64,000 nt of DNA from Bacteroidia bacterium (lineage in GTDB: Bacteria; Bacteroidota; Bacteroidia; NS11-12g; UBA9320), in contig CBDCFW010000005.1 of NCBI GenBank assembly GCA_965216465.1, positions 512,001 through 576,000 on the forward strand. Direction: 5' to 3'. Positions 1 to 10,005 of this stretch are shown piece by piece. Under the pieces are notes generated by a model. It ran no database searches. It was given only the letters and a program-made list of their open reading frames with translations, and was not told the origin of the DNA. Each line of letters begins with the position of its first letter. Within the stretch, counting starts at the first letter, position 1. A program made the position numbers and the translations under genes.

Positions 1-189
1 GATCAAGTAGCTGGAATGGTTCAGGCTCTTTTACGCCTAGAAAGCAATCATTCTAAGCACGACGCAACAGATGCAGTAGCCATTGCAATCTGTCATCACT
101 TTATGCATAAACCGGGCATGTCTGCATCTTCAGAAAGTTATGGAAGTTGGAAAAGCTTCATCAGCAAAAATCCAAACAGAGTAAAATAA
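1..189 (+). CDS. ruvC: Holliday junction resolvase RuvC, 3' part (runs off the window start)
   Basis: Frame 1 reads DQVAGMVQALL...DATDAVAIAICHH...YGSWKSFISKNPNRVK*, matching the RuvC C-terminal DAxDAxA motif and Bacteroidota tail; not in the ORF track. Confidence 0.85.
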   Translation, partial: DQVAGMVQALLRLESNHSKHDATDAVAIAICHHFMHKPGMSASSESYGSWKSFISKNPNRVK

Positions 190-221
190 GAGGGGTCTAA
201 TAAACCGTCAACTAAACCGGA

Positions 222-611
222 TTAAATATTGCTTCGAATCGAAGCTGCAATTTCTTGCATCTCTTTATCACTAAACTTTAGTTTAGGATTTGCAAAATTC
301 ACGTCTCCTACCTGGTCAATTGGAATAAGATGAATGTGAGTGTGAGGAACTTCTAATCCAATAACGGCCACCCCAATGCGCTGACATTCGATGGCTTTCT
401 CCATAGCCTTTGCAACCTTCTTAGCAAAAAGATTTAAACCTGTAAGTGTATCATCATCTAAATCGTAGATGTAATCTACTGGTTTTTTGGGGATCACTAG
501 TGTATGTCCTCGCTTAAGCGGAAAAACATCAAGAAACGCTAAATAATTGTCGTCTTCAGCAATTTTATATGAAGGAATTTCTCCTGCGATGATTTTCTCG
601 AAGATGGTCAT
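222..611 (-). CDS. HIT family nucleotide hydrolase
   Basis: N-terminal IFEKIIAGEIP, GHTLVIPK and histidine triad HTHIHLIP. Confidence 0.95.
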   Translation of the reverse strand: MTIFEKIIAGEIPSYKIAEDDNYLAFLDVFPLKRGHTLVIPKKPVDYIYDLDDDTLTGLNLFAKKVAKAMEKAIECQRIGVAVIGLEVPHTHIHLIPIDQVGDVNFANPKLKFSDKEMQEIAASIRSNI

Positions 612-1081
612 TAGATGCCTATTTCTAAGATTTCAAATTCTATTGATCCAGCAGGGATTTCAATCGTTGCAACTTCGCCAATTTTCTTACCCATTAGTCC
701 TTTTCCAATAGGTGAAAGTGCAGAGATTTTTCCCAACTTGATATTCGCTTCCGATTCAGCAACAATCGTGTAAGTTACTTCTTTATTGAATTTCTTGTTT
801 AGCAGTTTAACCTTGCTTAAGATATTCACCTTGCTTAAGTCTAGTTCTTTTGGATCAAGTACTCTAGAATTAGCAAGTGTATTCTTCATTTTTGAGATTT
901 TGAGCTCAAGTAATCCTTGTGCTTCTTTTGCAGCATCGTACTCGGCATTCTCAGATAAATCTCCTTTATCTCTAGCCTCGGCAATTTGAGCACTTATCTT
1001 CTTTCTCTCTACTTTTTCAAGTCTTGCTATCTCTTCTTTAAGGGAGTCAAATCCTTCTTGAGTTACATAATTTACTGACAT
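611..1081 (-). CDS. greA: Transcription elongation factor GreA
   Basis: ARDKGDLSENAEYDAAKE and ISALSPIGKGL motifs. Confidence 0.97.
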   Translation of the reverse strand: MSVNYVTQEGFDSLKEEIARLEKVERKKISAQIAEARDKGDLSENAEYDAAKEAQGLLELKISKMKNTLANSRVLDPKELDLSKVNILSKVKLLNKKFNKEVTYTIVAESEANIKLGKISALSPIGKGLMGKKIGEVATIEIPAGSIEFEILEIGI

Positions 1082-1096
1082 AATGATATCGGTTTT

Positions 1097-1135
1097 AAAA
1101 CAACAATGTTGTATTCTAAAAAGAATACAACATTG
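1097..1135 (-). terminator. Intrinsic terminator-like hairpin between the PorV-family gene and greA
   Basis: 14-bp perfect stem CAATGTTGTATTCT (1104-1117) / AGAATACAACATTG (1122-1135), followed on the minus strand by TTGTTTT. Confidence 0.7.
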
Positions 1136-1138
1136 CTA

Positions 1139-1146
1139 CAAAGATA
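1139..1146 (-). promoter_or_regulatory. Bacteroidota -7 promoter element upstream of greA
   Basis: Minus strand TATCTTTG matches the TAnnTTTG consensus. Confidence 0.55.
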
Positions 1147-1157
1147 TGTTTTGAAAA

Positions 1158-2237
1158 TTATTCTCCTACATTCAGTCTAACTCCGAAAGAGTGAGAACCT
1201 CCAAATGGGTTTGAATGTCTGAATGAATAATCTAGTCCAAAAGTTGTTTTTGAATCTTTCTTAACTGGAACTTCGAATGTGAAACCAGCAGTTGCTCCTG
1301 TGAATGCGTTTCTTCTGTCATCGTAGTTGAAAATTCCTTTCTCATATGCGTATCCAGCACGCAATTGGAACATGCTTTTGTATCCATATTCAAGACCAAC
1401 AGTCCACTGGTTGCTAGCAAATGCATTATTTGTAAATGTAGCAGCTGGCGTCAATCTGTGCCAGTATGTTTCATCGTTTTTATCAAGTCTAATGTCATAA
1501 GAAGCACCGATATTCATCAAAGTAGGTAAGTTGAACTTCGCAGCTCTTTGGTTTACGGTGTAATCTACATTAGTAATAGGATCTTGTAATTTATATGAAA
1601 GACCGTCACCAGCGTATTTAGCATCCGGACCGATGTTCTTTAATGAGATTCCAAACTTTACATCATTCTCTTTATGCTTATCATCTTTTCTAAAAGTCGT
1701 GATGTACTGAATTCCTGCATCGATAGCAACGCCTTGTGCTTTAACGTTGGTAATAGACTCAGAAAACACTTTTACTCCAATTCCACCACTAATAGATTCT
1801 GTAAATCTCTTTGAATAAGCTGCAGAAATGTTAGTGAAACGTGGTTTGTATGTTCCAATTCCTCCATCAGGTTGTTCAATTGTTGTAATAGGAATATCGC
1901 CGATGTCGTAACTCATGATTCCAACACCCAATACTCCATTACCACCTAGGTTTTGAGAGAAGCCAAAAGTGTTAATGTTGATATCACTTCCCATAAGCCA
2001 TGCGGTTCTAGAGAAGATAATCTCAGTTTGGTCGGTATAAGCCAATCCACCTATATTGTTGTAGATTGATTCCAATCCTGAAACAGAGCTTACTGCAGCC
2101 CAGCCCCATCCTGAGCTTCTTCCGAACCCATTGATGTTAAGTTGAGTTGCTCCTGCTTGACCGATTCTATCAGGGTTACCTGCGAACAAGCTCGGTGCTG
2201 CTGATAAAATTGCGATTAATATTATTAATTTTCTCAT
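1158..2237 (-). CDS. PorV/PorQ-family outer-membrane beta-barrel (T9SS shuttle-like)
   Basis: Signal peptide from MRKLII (2237); QAGATQLNINGFGRSSG, SIYNNIGGLA, GVAIDAGIQY, FGISLKNIG and LRAGY patterns typical of PorV/FadL-like barrels. Confidence 0.8.
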   Translation of the reverse strand: MRKLIILIAILSAAPSLFAGNPDRIGQAGATQLNINGFGRSSGWGWAAVSSVSGLESIYNNIGGLAYTDQTEIIFSRTAWLMGSDININTFGFSQNLGGNGVLGVGIMSYDIGDIPITTIEQPDGGIGTYKPRFTNISAAYSKRFTESISGGIGVKVFSESITNVKAQGVAIDAGIQYITTFRKDDKHKENDVKFGISLKNIGPDAKYAGDGLSYKLQDPITNVDYTVNQRAAKFNLPTLMNIGASYDIRLDKNDETYWHRLTPAATFTNNAFASNQWTVGLEYGYKSMFQLRAGYAYEKGIFNYDDRRNAFTGATAGFTFEVPVKKDSKTTFGLDYSFRHSNPFGGSHSFGVRLNVGE

Positions 2238-2268
2238 TGGTTTTTTTCTATTCATTAAAGGTTCAACA

Positions 2269-5200
2269 CTAGAAAGAATCAAGATCTAACTCTCTCATTA
2301 CTCCCATCCATTTTAATACTTTCTCTCCAAGTTCACCTGCGTCGACGTGAATGATGTACAATCCACTTGCGATTGGCACAGCTGCACTGTTTTTTAAGTT
2401 CCACTTAGCCTCGGTTAACTCATCATCTTTCTTAATTCTTCTTACCAGTTGTCCATCTAAGGTGTAAATAGATATATCACACTTCTCAGGTAGGTTAGTG
2501 AATTTAATTTGGTTATCAAGCGGGCTACTTTCGTAACCAGGAGCTCCAGCAAATGCGTAGTAAGGGTTAGGAACTACGTTGATTAACTCCATTGCATCTT
2601 TACCATTCTCCTCACTAATTTCATTATAGATATCTTCAGTGCTGAACTTGTACTTTGGATTTCCATCGTTTACATCTGGAATTCTTTCATTGTACTGGTA
2701 TGGTTTTTCAACTCTTAACTTCATTCTGAAATCTGTCGGAGGCAATGGAATACCATCAGCACCTTCAACCATTTCATGGCCAGCAACTGTGTAACTTGGA
2801 ATTACCCAATCACAGTTTTGGAAGATTGCAGTAAGAGCAGCATCTTTTTGAGCTTGGCTGTTTGCATTTACCAATTCTGTCCAGTATTGATTTCCTGCAT
2901 CGTACGTGTTCATTTTAGGGTGGTACGTAGCAGCAACACCTTCATGCGATCCCATAATGTAGATATAGTGTCTTCCACCAAGTCTTGGATAGCTTCCTTT
3001 CCATGATACATCGGATGTTGGGTTCCACTTCATATCTCTACCGTTTTCTTCTCTTAAATAAGAATCTTCCGTTACGATAATATTCAATCTCTCACCTGTT
3101 TCAAGGTTGATAGCATATCCTGGGAAGATTGTCTTACCAACAGCAAGTGTTCCACCTGACCAAGTAAGTTGTCCTTGTCTTAAGTCAAACTTCTGAACAC
3201 CACCTTCTGTAAGTCCTGGATCTTCACCCGATTCTAGCATCACACACTCACTCCATTTAGATTTGTCGCTCGTAATTACTAAGTCAACGCTAGACAATTT
3301 GTCTAATCCCATAGTATTAATAAATCTATATCCGTATCCAATTCCTTGAACTAAGGTTGAAGGACGATCTGGAGTAGGATTTGCAGGAGGATTAAACGAC
3401 GCCAATCTAAATGGTGCCACTCTTCCATCCCAAATTTTCTCATATACTCCATTAGGGTCTAACGACTCTCCAGCTCTTGCATAATCATGCCAGCTTGGAT
3501 CTCCATATGCAGGACTTTCGATTCTACCTTGAGTTCCTGAACGAATCCAATCGAACATACCAAACATTCTTGCTTGCGTTGCGTCATTGTCTCTAATCGC
3601 TGTTAACCATTCAAGACTTGGATCTTCAAATTCAACTTCCCAGCCAACAAGCCCGTTAGAAGTTTGAACATCTTCACCAGGGTGTGTTACTTGAGATAAA
3701 GTAACTGCTAGTCCCCAATCAAATATTTTGTCTCCAGTTGTAGACTCAAGAATAATTTGCTCATTCTCGTATGCTAAAGTCGTATCAGCATAAACTGTAT
3801 CATTTGGAAGCTTAACTAAAATCCACTTAGTGTTCTCAGCTCTAACTCCATCTTCGTCTCTTGAAACGCTGTTCTCCAACATGGTTAATTCAAACTCACC
3901 ATTTGGAACTTTAAGCGGATCGATTACTGTTACTTTTACCGGACCATGTGCATTTTCATACACTGGGTTCTTAGAATAGTTATTTGCAACAATCTCTTCT
4001 TCTGTTTCTGGTTTAACATTTAAGAAGTTACCACCGTTTCCGAGTCCAGACAGTCGAACCAATTCAGGTCCGTCACCGTAGAACGATTGAGCATTAGATC
4101 CGCTAAATCGAGGCTCAGTTTTTCTTGGAGATGCTGAGAATTCAACAACTTTTCTTCCTTCTAAGTAAGGAGTATTTTCACTTAATCCTGCAGCATAAGA
4201 CAACACGATGTAGTAGTAAGTTTTGAAGTTAACCAAAGACTTATTAGAACCTGTTGCGAACTCATCTTCTGTAATGCTTACAGAGTGTGAAAGGCCTTCG
4301 TTTTCTCCTCTAATTTTAAGCACCGGAATATTTGCACTTACATCAGCAGAAAATTCTTGGTTAGTCAACACATCATAATCATCTTCTAAATCACATTGGA
4401 ATACCTCTCTAGCCTTAGAAACATCATCTAAATCAGATAAACTTACAGAACCATCTTTTAATTGGAATACTCTGTATCCTTGGAAACTATAGTATTCTTC
4501 TTCGTTAAGACCGTTCAATACAGTGTCTTTATAATTCTCAACTCTTTTAGAGTTTGTATTTCCTAAAGAAAGAACCAATTGCTGATCCAATTCTTGTACT
4601 TCTACTTCTGGAGCATCAGGACCATCGATAAGGTCAAAACAAGAGTTAAATAATGCTTGAGCTTTTTTACTTGCTTCTTTTAATAAGTTTAATGACCCTT
4701 CTGCACCACCAAATGATGATCTAGCCCATACAACACCAACTGTTAATCGTTGAACAGAACCTGCTTCTAGTTCGAAAGGACCTGAAGATTGAATAAATCT
4801 TCTATCCGCTGGTGTATTTCTGTTTCCTCTCCAGTCGCCTTCACTCCAGAATTCACTGTGAGTAGGATCTGAATCGAATGGGAACATCCATTGAGCGATA
4901 GTTCCATCGGTATTTGTTACACCGTCTCCACCGTATTCCATATCAGCACCATTCTTCCACTTACCTCTTAAGTAATTGTAGTAGTTTGCTGCTTGACCAA
5001 TTGGACTACCGTTAATTGGGTTATTGTTATTGTTATAATATACAAAACGAGACATTCCTAACTCTTCAATCTCACCTTGATCGTTTACAACAGTTGGTCC
5101 TTCGAAGAAGTCAACACCTACTGAAGGAGGATTAAGACCGTATCCTAAAACACCTTCATCATTGTCGTCACCATTGTAACAGAATCCTAATGACAATTCT

Positions 5201-6135
5201 ACATCGCAACCAACATAGTCATCGGCATAGTTACCCAAATCGGCATCTACCCATTGACCAAAGTATGTATTTTCAAGTTTATTAAATCCACGGTTAATAA
5301 TTCGCGTGGTATAGAATGTCATATCATTAATCTCATCGTTTGTTGCAAAAGCAAAAGCAGTTGTTTGCAACTCAACTCCAATTGGGTCTCCTTGAGATTC
5401 TGAGTGAATATTACCCTTATCGTTGTAAACCCACCATAGCATTTGGTCTGGCTGATCTGAAGCTTCGTTTTCAAGCTCTACTCCATTACAATCATTTTTC
5501 AATACTGGGTAATCACCTTTAGTCGGATCATAATAACCGTCTTGATCTGCATCGTAGAAAGGAGCAAGACTTATTTGGTCACCAGGTCTTCTTCCTGGCC
5601 ATTCGTCGATTTCAATAGCTGGATTTAAAACCGCTCCATTTGCATCGAATTCCTCAGAGTGTGCAATAATTTGACTTCCTTCTACCTTCCAGATCTTATC
5701 ATACTCGTTACAAACTGTAGAGTTTGTATTACTCGTATTAGGATCTAGTGGACCTGGCCAAAAGTCTGAACCTCTTTGACGGTAGGTCATTGCTGCAAGT
5801 CTTAGGTTTCCACTGATGTCTTCACCACCGATCCAGATCGCACCAGCAAATACACTGTGCTTTCTAACCGAGTTAAGGTCATCAATTTTAGGAACCTCAT
5901 AACGAGCAGAACTTAAGTCCCACCACATATCTCCACCGTTAAGAATCTTAGTTCTTACGTTATTTACATCTAAGTCTGCACTCTGTGTAGCAGGGTCACA
6001 ATCCGAACCGAATTTCATTTTCAGTACTTCCTGCTTAGATGTATTGTTGGTTGATCCAACATATTCTTTTGCAGATACACTTACCGCAGTTAATGCAGCA
6101 GTTATAACTAATGATATTCTAAATATTTTCTTCAT
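2269..6135 (-). CDS. Large secreted protein with T9SS-like C-terminal sorting domain
   Basis: Signal peptide; C-terminus INVVPNPYY...IKFTNLP..CDISIYTLDGQLVR...WNLKN...IASGLYIIHV. Confidence 0.8.
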   Translation of the reverse strand: MKKIFRISLVITAALTAVSVSAKEYVGSTNNTSKQEVLKMKFGSDCDPATQSADLDVNNVRTKILNGGDMWWDLSSARYEVPKIDDLNSVRKHSVFAGAIWIGGEDISGNLRLAAMTYRQRGSDFWPGPLDPNTSNTNSTVCNEYDKIWKVEGSQIIAHSEEFDANGAVLNPAIEIDEWPGRRPGDQISLAPFYDADQDGYYDPTKGDYPVLKNDCNGVELENEASDQPDQMLWWVYNDKGNIHSESQGDPIGVELQTTAFAFATNDEINDMTFYTTRIINRGFNKLENTYFGQWVDADLGNYADDYVGCDVELSLGFCYNGDDNDEGVLGYGLNPPSVGVDFFEGPTVVNDQGEIEELGMSRFVYYNNNNNPINGSPIGQAANYYNYLRGKWKNGADMEYGGDGVTNTDGTIAQWMFPFDSDPTHSEFWSEGDWRGNRNTPADRRFIQSSGPFELEAGSVQRLTVGVVWARSSFGGAEGSLNLLKEASKKAQALFNSCFDLIDGPDAPEVEVQELDQQLVLSLGNTNSKRVENYKDTVLNGLNEEEYYSFQGYRVFQLKDGSVSLSDLDDVSKAREVFQCDLEDDYDVLTNQEFSADVSANIPVLKIRGENEGLSHSVSITEDEFATGSNKSLVNFKTYYYIVLSYAAGLSENTPYLEGRKVVEFSASPRKTEPRFSGSNAQSFYGDGPELVRLSGLGNGGNFLNVKPETEEEIVANNYSKNPVYENAHGPVKVTVIDPLKVPNGEFELTMLENSVSRDEDGVRAENTKWILVKLPNDTVYADTTLAYENEQIILESTTGDKIFDWGLAVTLSQVTHPGEDVQTSNGLVGWEVEFEDPSLEWLTAIRDNDATQARMFGMFDWIRSGTQGRIESPAYGDPSWHDYARAGESLDPNGVYEKIWDGRVAPFRLASFNPPANPTPDRPSTLVQGIGYGYRFINTMGLDKLSSVDLVITSDKSKWSECVMLESGEDPGLTEGGVQKFDLRQGQLTWSGGTLAVGKTIFPGYAINLETGERLNIIVTEDSYLREENGRDMKWNPTSDVSWKGSYPRLGGRHYIYIMGSHEGVAATYHPKMNTYDAGNQYWTELVNANSQAQKDAALTAIFQNCDWVIPSYTVAGHEMVEGADGIPLPPTDFRMKLRVEKPYQYNERIPDVNDGNPKYKFSTEDIYNEISEENGKDAMELINVVPNPYYAFAGAPGYESSPLDNQIKFTNLPEKCDISIYTLDGQLVRRIKKDDELTEAKWNLKNSAAVPIASGLYIIHVDAGELGEKVLKWMGVMRELDLDSF

Positions 6136-6157
6136 TTTTCTTTGCTTTAACTTAATC

Positions 6158-9100
6158 CTAGAAATAAACTCTTACTCCTAATCTATTTAATCTAGGGGCC
6201 ATGTAATTATATGGGTTATCAACCTTAGCATTGTACAAGTCAATGTATGATTGCGTGTTCAACTCGTTTTGAGAAAGCTGAATACCTTCTGGTGAACTTA
6301 ACCATCCATCATCGTTTGGAAGTCCAGTGTAACCGTAAACTCCTCTAATGATTCTTGAGTTAAACAAGTTTTGTACCCAAAGGAATACTTGTACTTCCAT
6401 ATCTGGACGTCTGTATTCGTCTTTAGTTTGTTTCTTCTTAACTGAGAAAGTTTTGTTGAAGGTTGCATCAACTTTAAACTGCCATGGTTTTCTTGATCCG
6501 TATGGGTTACCATCAAGAGACTGTCTTTGAGCACCACCTTGAACCGTTGCAATTGGGTTTAGGTAAGCAGTGTAAGGCTCTCCTGATTTAGTCGAAATAA
6601 TCATGTTAGCACCAGCATTTTCAAAGATTCGCTTGTTGAACCATATTGGTCCTGTGTAATCTTTTCCTCTTTTGAATCTGTAATCCAAACGAGTTGTGAT
6701 TTGGTGTCTTACATCATATTGAGTTGGGTAAAGTGATCTTAAGTTCGGTAAGTTAGCTTGAATCAACGCAGCTGATGAATTTGCATTTGATCCAGTACCA
6801 TCTGAGAATAGAAGTGCATAGTTAACGGCTAGTGACGTTCTACCTTGTCCTCTTAACTCATATTCTGCTCTGAAGTTTTTAACTGTTGAGAAGTCGATGT
6901 TACTGTAGCTGATATAACTGATTGGGTAAGCTTGGTTAACTCTAACCTGACCCCAATCATCTCTACTTTCTCTATACGAAGCGATTAAGCTTAATGCAGA
7001 GTTTCGAGATAATGTTTGCTTAAATCCTAACTCGTAGTTAGTAGTTACCCTTGGTTTCAAAGAAGCGTTAGAAAGGAAACCACTTTGGTTTGCTTCTAAG
7101 AAGTAGTATTGGTTAAACGGTGCAAAGATTCCTCCTCTTGGACGCTGAGCAAGTACATCGTAGTTAGCAAAGAACTGTGCTTCAGAGTTAATTGGGAAAG
7201 AGAACCATACACGTGGTAATACTAAAATTGTTGGGTCATAATCTTCAAATGCCTCATCAATCAATCGCTCGTTTGCATCAACCAAGTAAGGTTGAATTCT
7301 ACCGCTGTTTGTTTGCTGAGCTAAAAGGTCTGGGTTAGGTAACTCAATACCGTTTTCATCGTACCAAGTTGCTCCGTCTCTATATCCTAAGATTTTGTTA
7401 GGATTTTCGATGTCGTCAACATAAACTACATAATCGTCGCCAATAGTAGTTGGAACTTCGTAGTTAAGTAAAAGTTTGTCAGCATCTCTTTTTTGCTCTC
7501 CTGCTAATCCTGCAAGCTCACCTGCAGAGTAAGTTGGGAACAACGAGTAGTCATCTTTAAGAACTGGCTGGTTAGCGTCAAAACGCTCAACCCTAACACC
7601 AAGTCTGAAGATCAAATCTTTAAACTGGAATTTATCTTGGAACCAAACCGCATTATAAATAGGTGAGAAAGAACCAAGTCTTCTTCTTAAACTATCGTTC
7701 GTAAAGTCAGTTAAAGTTCTTGCCGCTCTATCTCTTTTTCCTAAGTAGGTATATCCAGAGTAAGCAACAAATGCGTTACCATTATTCCATAAGTCATCTG
7801 CACTGAACATATCCAATGAGAAATCAGATGGAGACAAACTGTTAATGTCGATGAAAGAAGTTTCGGTATAAAGGTCACCGTTAATGTCTGTTCTACCGTC
7901 AGCAATTAACTTCTCTCTTAGTTTTTGGTCAAAGTGAGTTTGCTGATCTTTATCAACTCTAATGTTGTAATTAATGGTATCGGTGAAAGTTCCAAACTCA
8001 TCGTAAGTGTGGATACCTCCAATTACATATCCGTTTTCAGTAACCGTAGCTAAGTTAGAGATATGGCTATTAGCAAGCTGTGGCATTAAGTTCCAAAGCT
8101 GGTTAGCACCAATTGCCCAACTACTGCTAAAGTTTTGCTCGTAGGTTAATCCAAACTGTAAGTCATGCGGATTTTCTAAGTTCAATGTCGCCTCCCCTTG
8201 TGCATATGCAGTAATTCTTTCCGATTGACTCTTAGAGTAGAAATATGCAACTGTTCCCGGGTTAGACCATAATGAATAAGTACCTGATGGGTTATCACCA
8301 TTCATCAATCCTAAACCGATTCTAATTTGATCTCTTGAGAATACATTTTGACCAGCAGCTTCTGCACTTTCGAAGAAGTTTCTGGTGTAGTTAGATCTTA
8401 GCTCGTTCAAACCACTTTCTTCGAAGTCGATTTGGTAAGTGAAGTCTCCAAGATAGTTAAAGTATCCTTGACGGCTCACTGTATCTCCGTTTTGGTCAAT
8501 GTGCCAAGTTGGAGTGTTTACATAAGAGTAGAAAGGTCTTCTATAAGAAGTAAATCTTCCTAAGTATCCATAATCAAAAATGTTTTGTTCGTGAGTTGGG
8601 TTTCTTCTTTCACCCCACTGACTTTGGTAATCAACCCTAACGTTATAGAATGCATCGGTAAACAACGATTTTTTAGCATCCTTGTCAGCAGGATCTTGGT
8701 TTCCTAAACGCTGAGTGAATTTAATATAAGTTCTTAAGGTTTGAGAAGTACTGATACTGTTCTCACCATAGTTCATTAAATTTTGGCTGTAGCTGAAGTT
8801 ATTTCCTTCACTAGCACTGTAACTTCCGAAGAAAGTAAGTGTAGAGTTTTTATTTGGTTGGAATTCTAATTTACCTTGGAAGTTTCCTACGTAGCTTGCA
8901 ACATTCTTTCTTGCACGCTCTAAAACAAGGTCATCTTTGGTTAACAACGAAGATCTTGCAATACTACCTGGACCGTTAGGATTCGCAACCAATGGATTTT
9001 CTTCAATTTCTCGAAGTACATCATCCTTAACGGTGTACATTCCACCATAAGCTGGACCTGCGTCAGCTGCATACCTCACGTTAGCAGCAACTTGATATCC

Positions 9101-9919
9101 AAGAGCAACAAATTCATCTTCTCCCCCACCTTTGTTTTTAACCCAAAGTGGTCCAACAGCTGAAACCTCAAACTGGTTAAAGTGATAAGGGTCAAACGGA
9201 CTTGAAGAAATCATCTCAGCACTTCTTGCTTTATAACGAGATGGACCTTTAGTGGTAATACTAATCGCACCCCCTGTAAAGTCACCATACTGAGCTGGAA
9301 TACCTGACTGAATAATATCGATTTGACCTTGAGCAGATTGAGGAACTCCAGAAGCTCCCAATACTCTCACCCCGTCAACGAAGTAAGCGGTACCGTCTGT
9401 TCTCGAACCGATAAATGAAAGACCTGCTGATGTTTGGTTTACTGCTGATGACGTTGCTGCAATTGCATTCAAACTACGTGTAGGCAGTTTGGTCAAGTCA
9501 GAAGCACCAAATGTTTGCTGGTTCTTATCTTTTTCAATCAAAGGCTTACCAGCACGAACTGTAATTACATCAATTACAGCTGCATCGTCGGCAGACTTTT
9601 GAGTCATTTCGATGTTTAAGAATTTAGTACTGTTTGCACTAACTTCAATGTCAGTTACAATTTTGTCGCTGTAATCCAAGTATTTTACTGTAATCGAATA
9701 CGTTCCTGGATCCAATGCGTTGATGGAATATTTACCATTTTCATCCGTATAAGCTCCACCCTTTCGTATACCATCTTTCTGCAAGAGAATTGTGGCATAT
9801 GCAATCGGAGCTTTAGAATTTTTGTCGGTTACCTTTCCTTGAATCTTACCAAAATTTGATTGAGCAAATGTGGTAGAGGCAAAAAGTAAGGCAAATAGTA
9901 AGGTAAGTGCTTTCTTCAT
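6158..9919 (-). CDS. TonB-dependent-receptor-like outer-membrane protein with N-terminal carboxypeptidase-regulatory-like domain
   Basis: GKIQGKVTD...YTDENGKYSI..LDPGTY; plug-like YFVDGVRV...GIPAQYGDFTGGAISITTK; barrel strands; terminal Phe. Confidence 0.8.
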   Translation of the reverse strand: MKKALTLLFALLFASTTFAQSNFGKIQGKVTDKNSKAPIAYATILLQKDGIRKGGAYTDENGKYSINALDPGTYSITVKYLDYSDKIVTDIEVSANSTKFLNIEMTQKSADDAAVIDVITVRAGKPLIEKDKNQQTFGASDLTKLPTRSLNAIAATSSAVNQTSAGLSFIGSRTDGTAYFVDGVRVLGASGVPQSAQGQIDIIQSGIPAQYGDFTGGAISITTKGPSRYKARSAEMISSSPFDPYHFNQFEVSAVGPLWVKNKGGGEDEFVALGYQVAANVRYAADAGPAYGGMYTVKDDVLREIEENPLVANPNGPGSIARSSLLTKDDLVLERARKNVASYVGNFQGKLEFQPNKNSTLTFFGSYSASEGNNFSYSQNLMNYGENSISTSQTLRTYIKFTQRLGNQDPADKDAKKSLFTDAFYNVRVDYQSQWGERRNPTHEQNIFDYGYLGRFTSYRRPFYSYVNTPTWHIDQNGDTVSRQGYFNYLGDFTYQIDFEESGLNELRSNYTRNFFESAEAAGQNVFSRDQIRIGLGLMNGDNPSGTYSLWSNPGTVAYFYSKSQSERITAYAQGEATLNLENPHDLQFGLTYEQNFSSSWAIGANQLWNLMPQLANSHISNLATVTENGYVIGGIHTYDEFGTFTDTINYNIRVDKDQQTHFDQKLREKLIADGRTDINGDLYTETSFIDINSLSPSDFSLDMFSADDLWNNGNAFVAYSGYTYLGKRDRAARTLTDFTNDSLRRRLGSFSPIYNAVWFQDKFQFKDLIFRLGVRVERFDANQPVLKDDYSLFPTYSAGELAGLAGEQKRDADKLLLNYEVPTTIGDDYVVYVDDIENPNKILGYRDGATWYDENGIELPNPDLLAQQTNSGRIQPYLVDANERLIDEAFEDYDPTILVLPRVWFSFPINSEAQFFANYDVLAQRPRGGIFAPFNQYYFLEANQSGFLSNASLKPRVTTNYELGFKQTLSRNSALSLIASYRESRDDWGQVRVNQAYPISYISYSNIDFSTVKNFRAEYELRGQGRTSLAVNYALLFSDGTGSNANSSAALIQANLPNLRSLYPTQYDVRHQITTRLDYRFKRGKDYTGPIWFNKRIFENAGANMIISTKSGEPYTAYLNPIATVQGGAQRQSLDGNPYGSRKPWQFKVDATFNKTFSVKKKQTKDEYRRPDMEVQVFLWVQNLFNSRIIRGVYGYTGLPNDDGWLSSPEGIQLSQNELNTQSYIDLYNAKVDNPYNYMAPRLNRLGVRVYF

Positions 9920-10005
9920 AAAGTTGCTTTTACACGTTTTTTTCGGACTTCAATATTGTCTATAAAAATGCAATTATTCAAATTAATTTTAATTATGCAC
10001 GGTTT

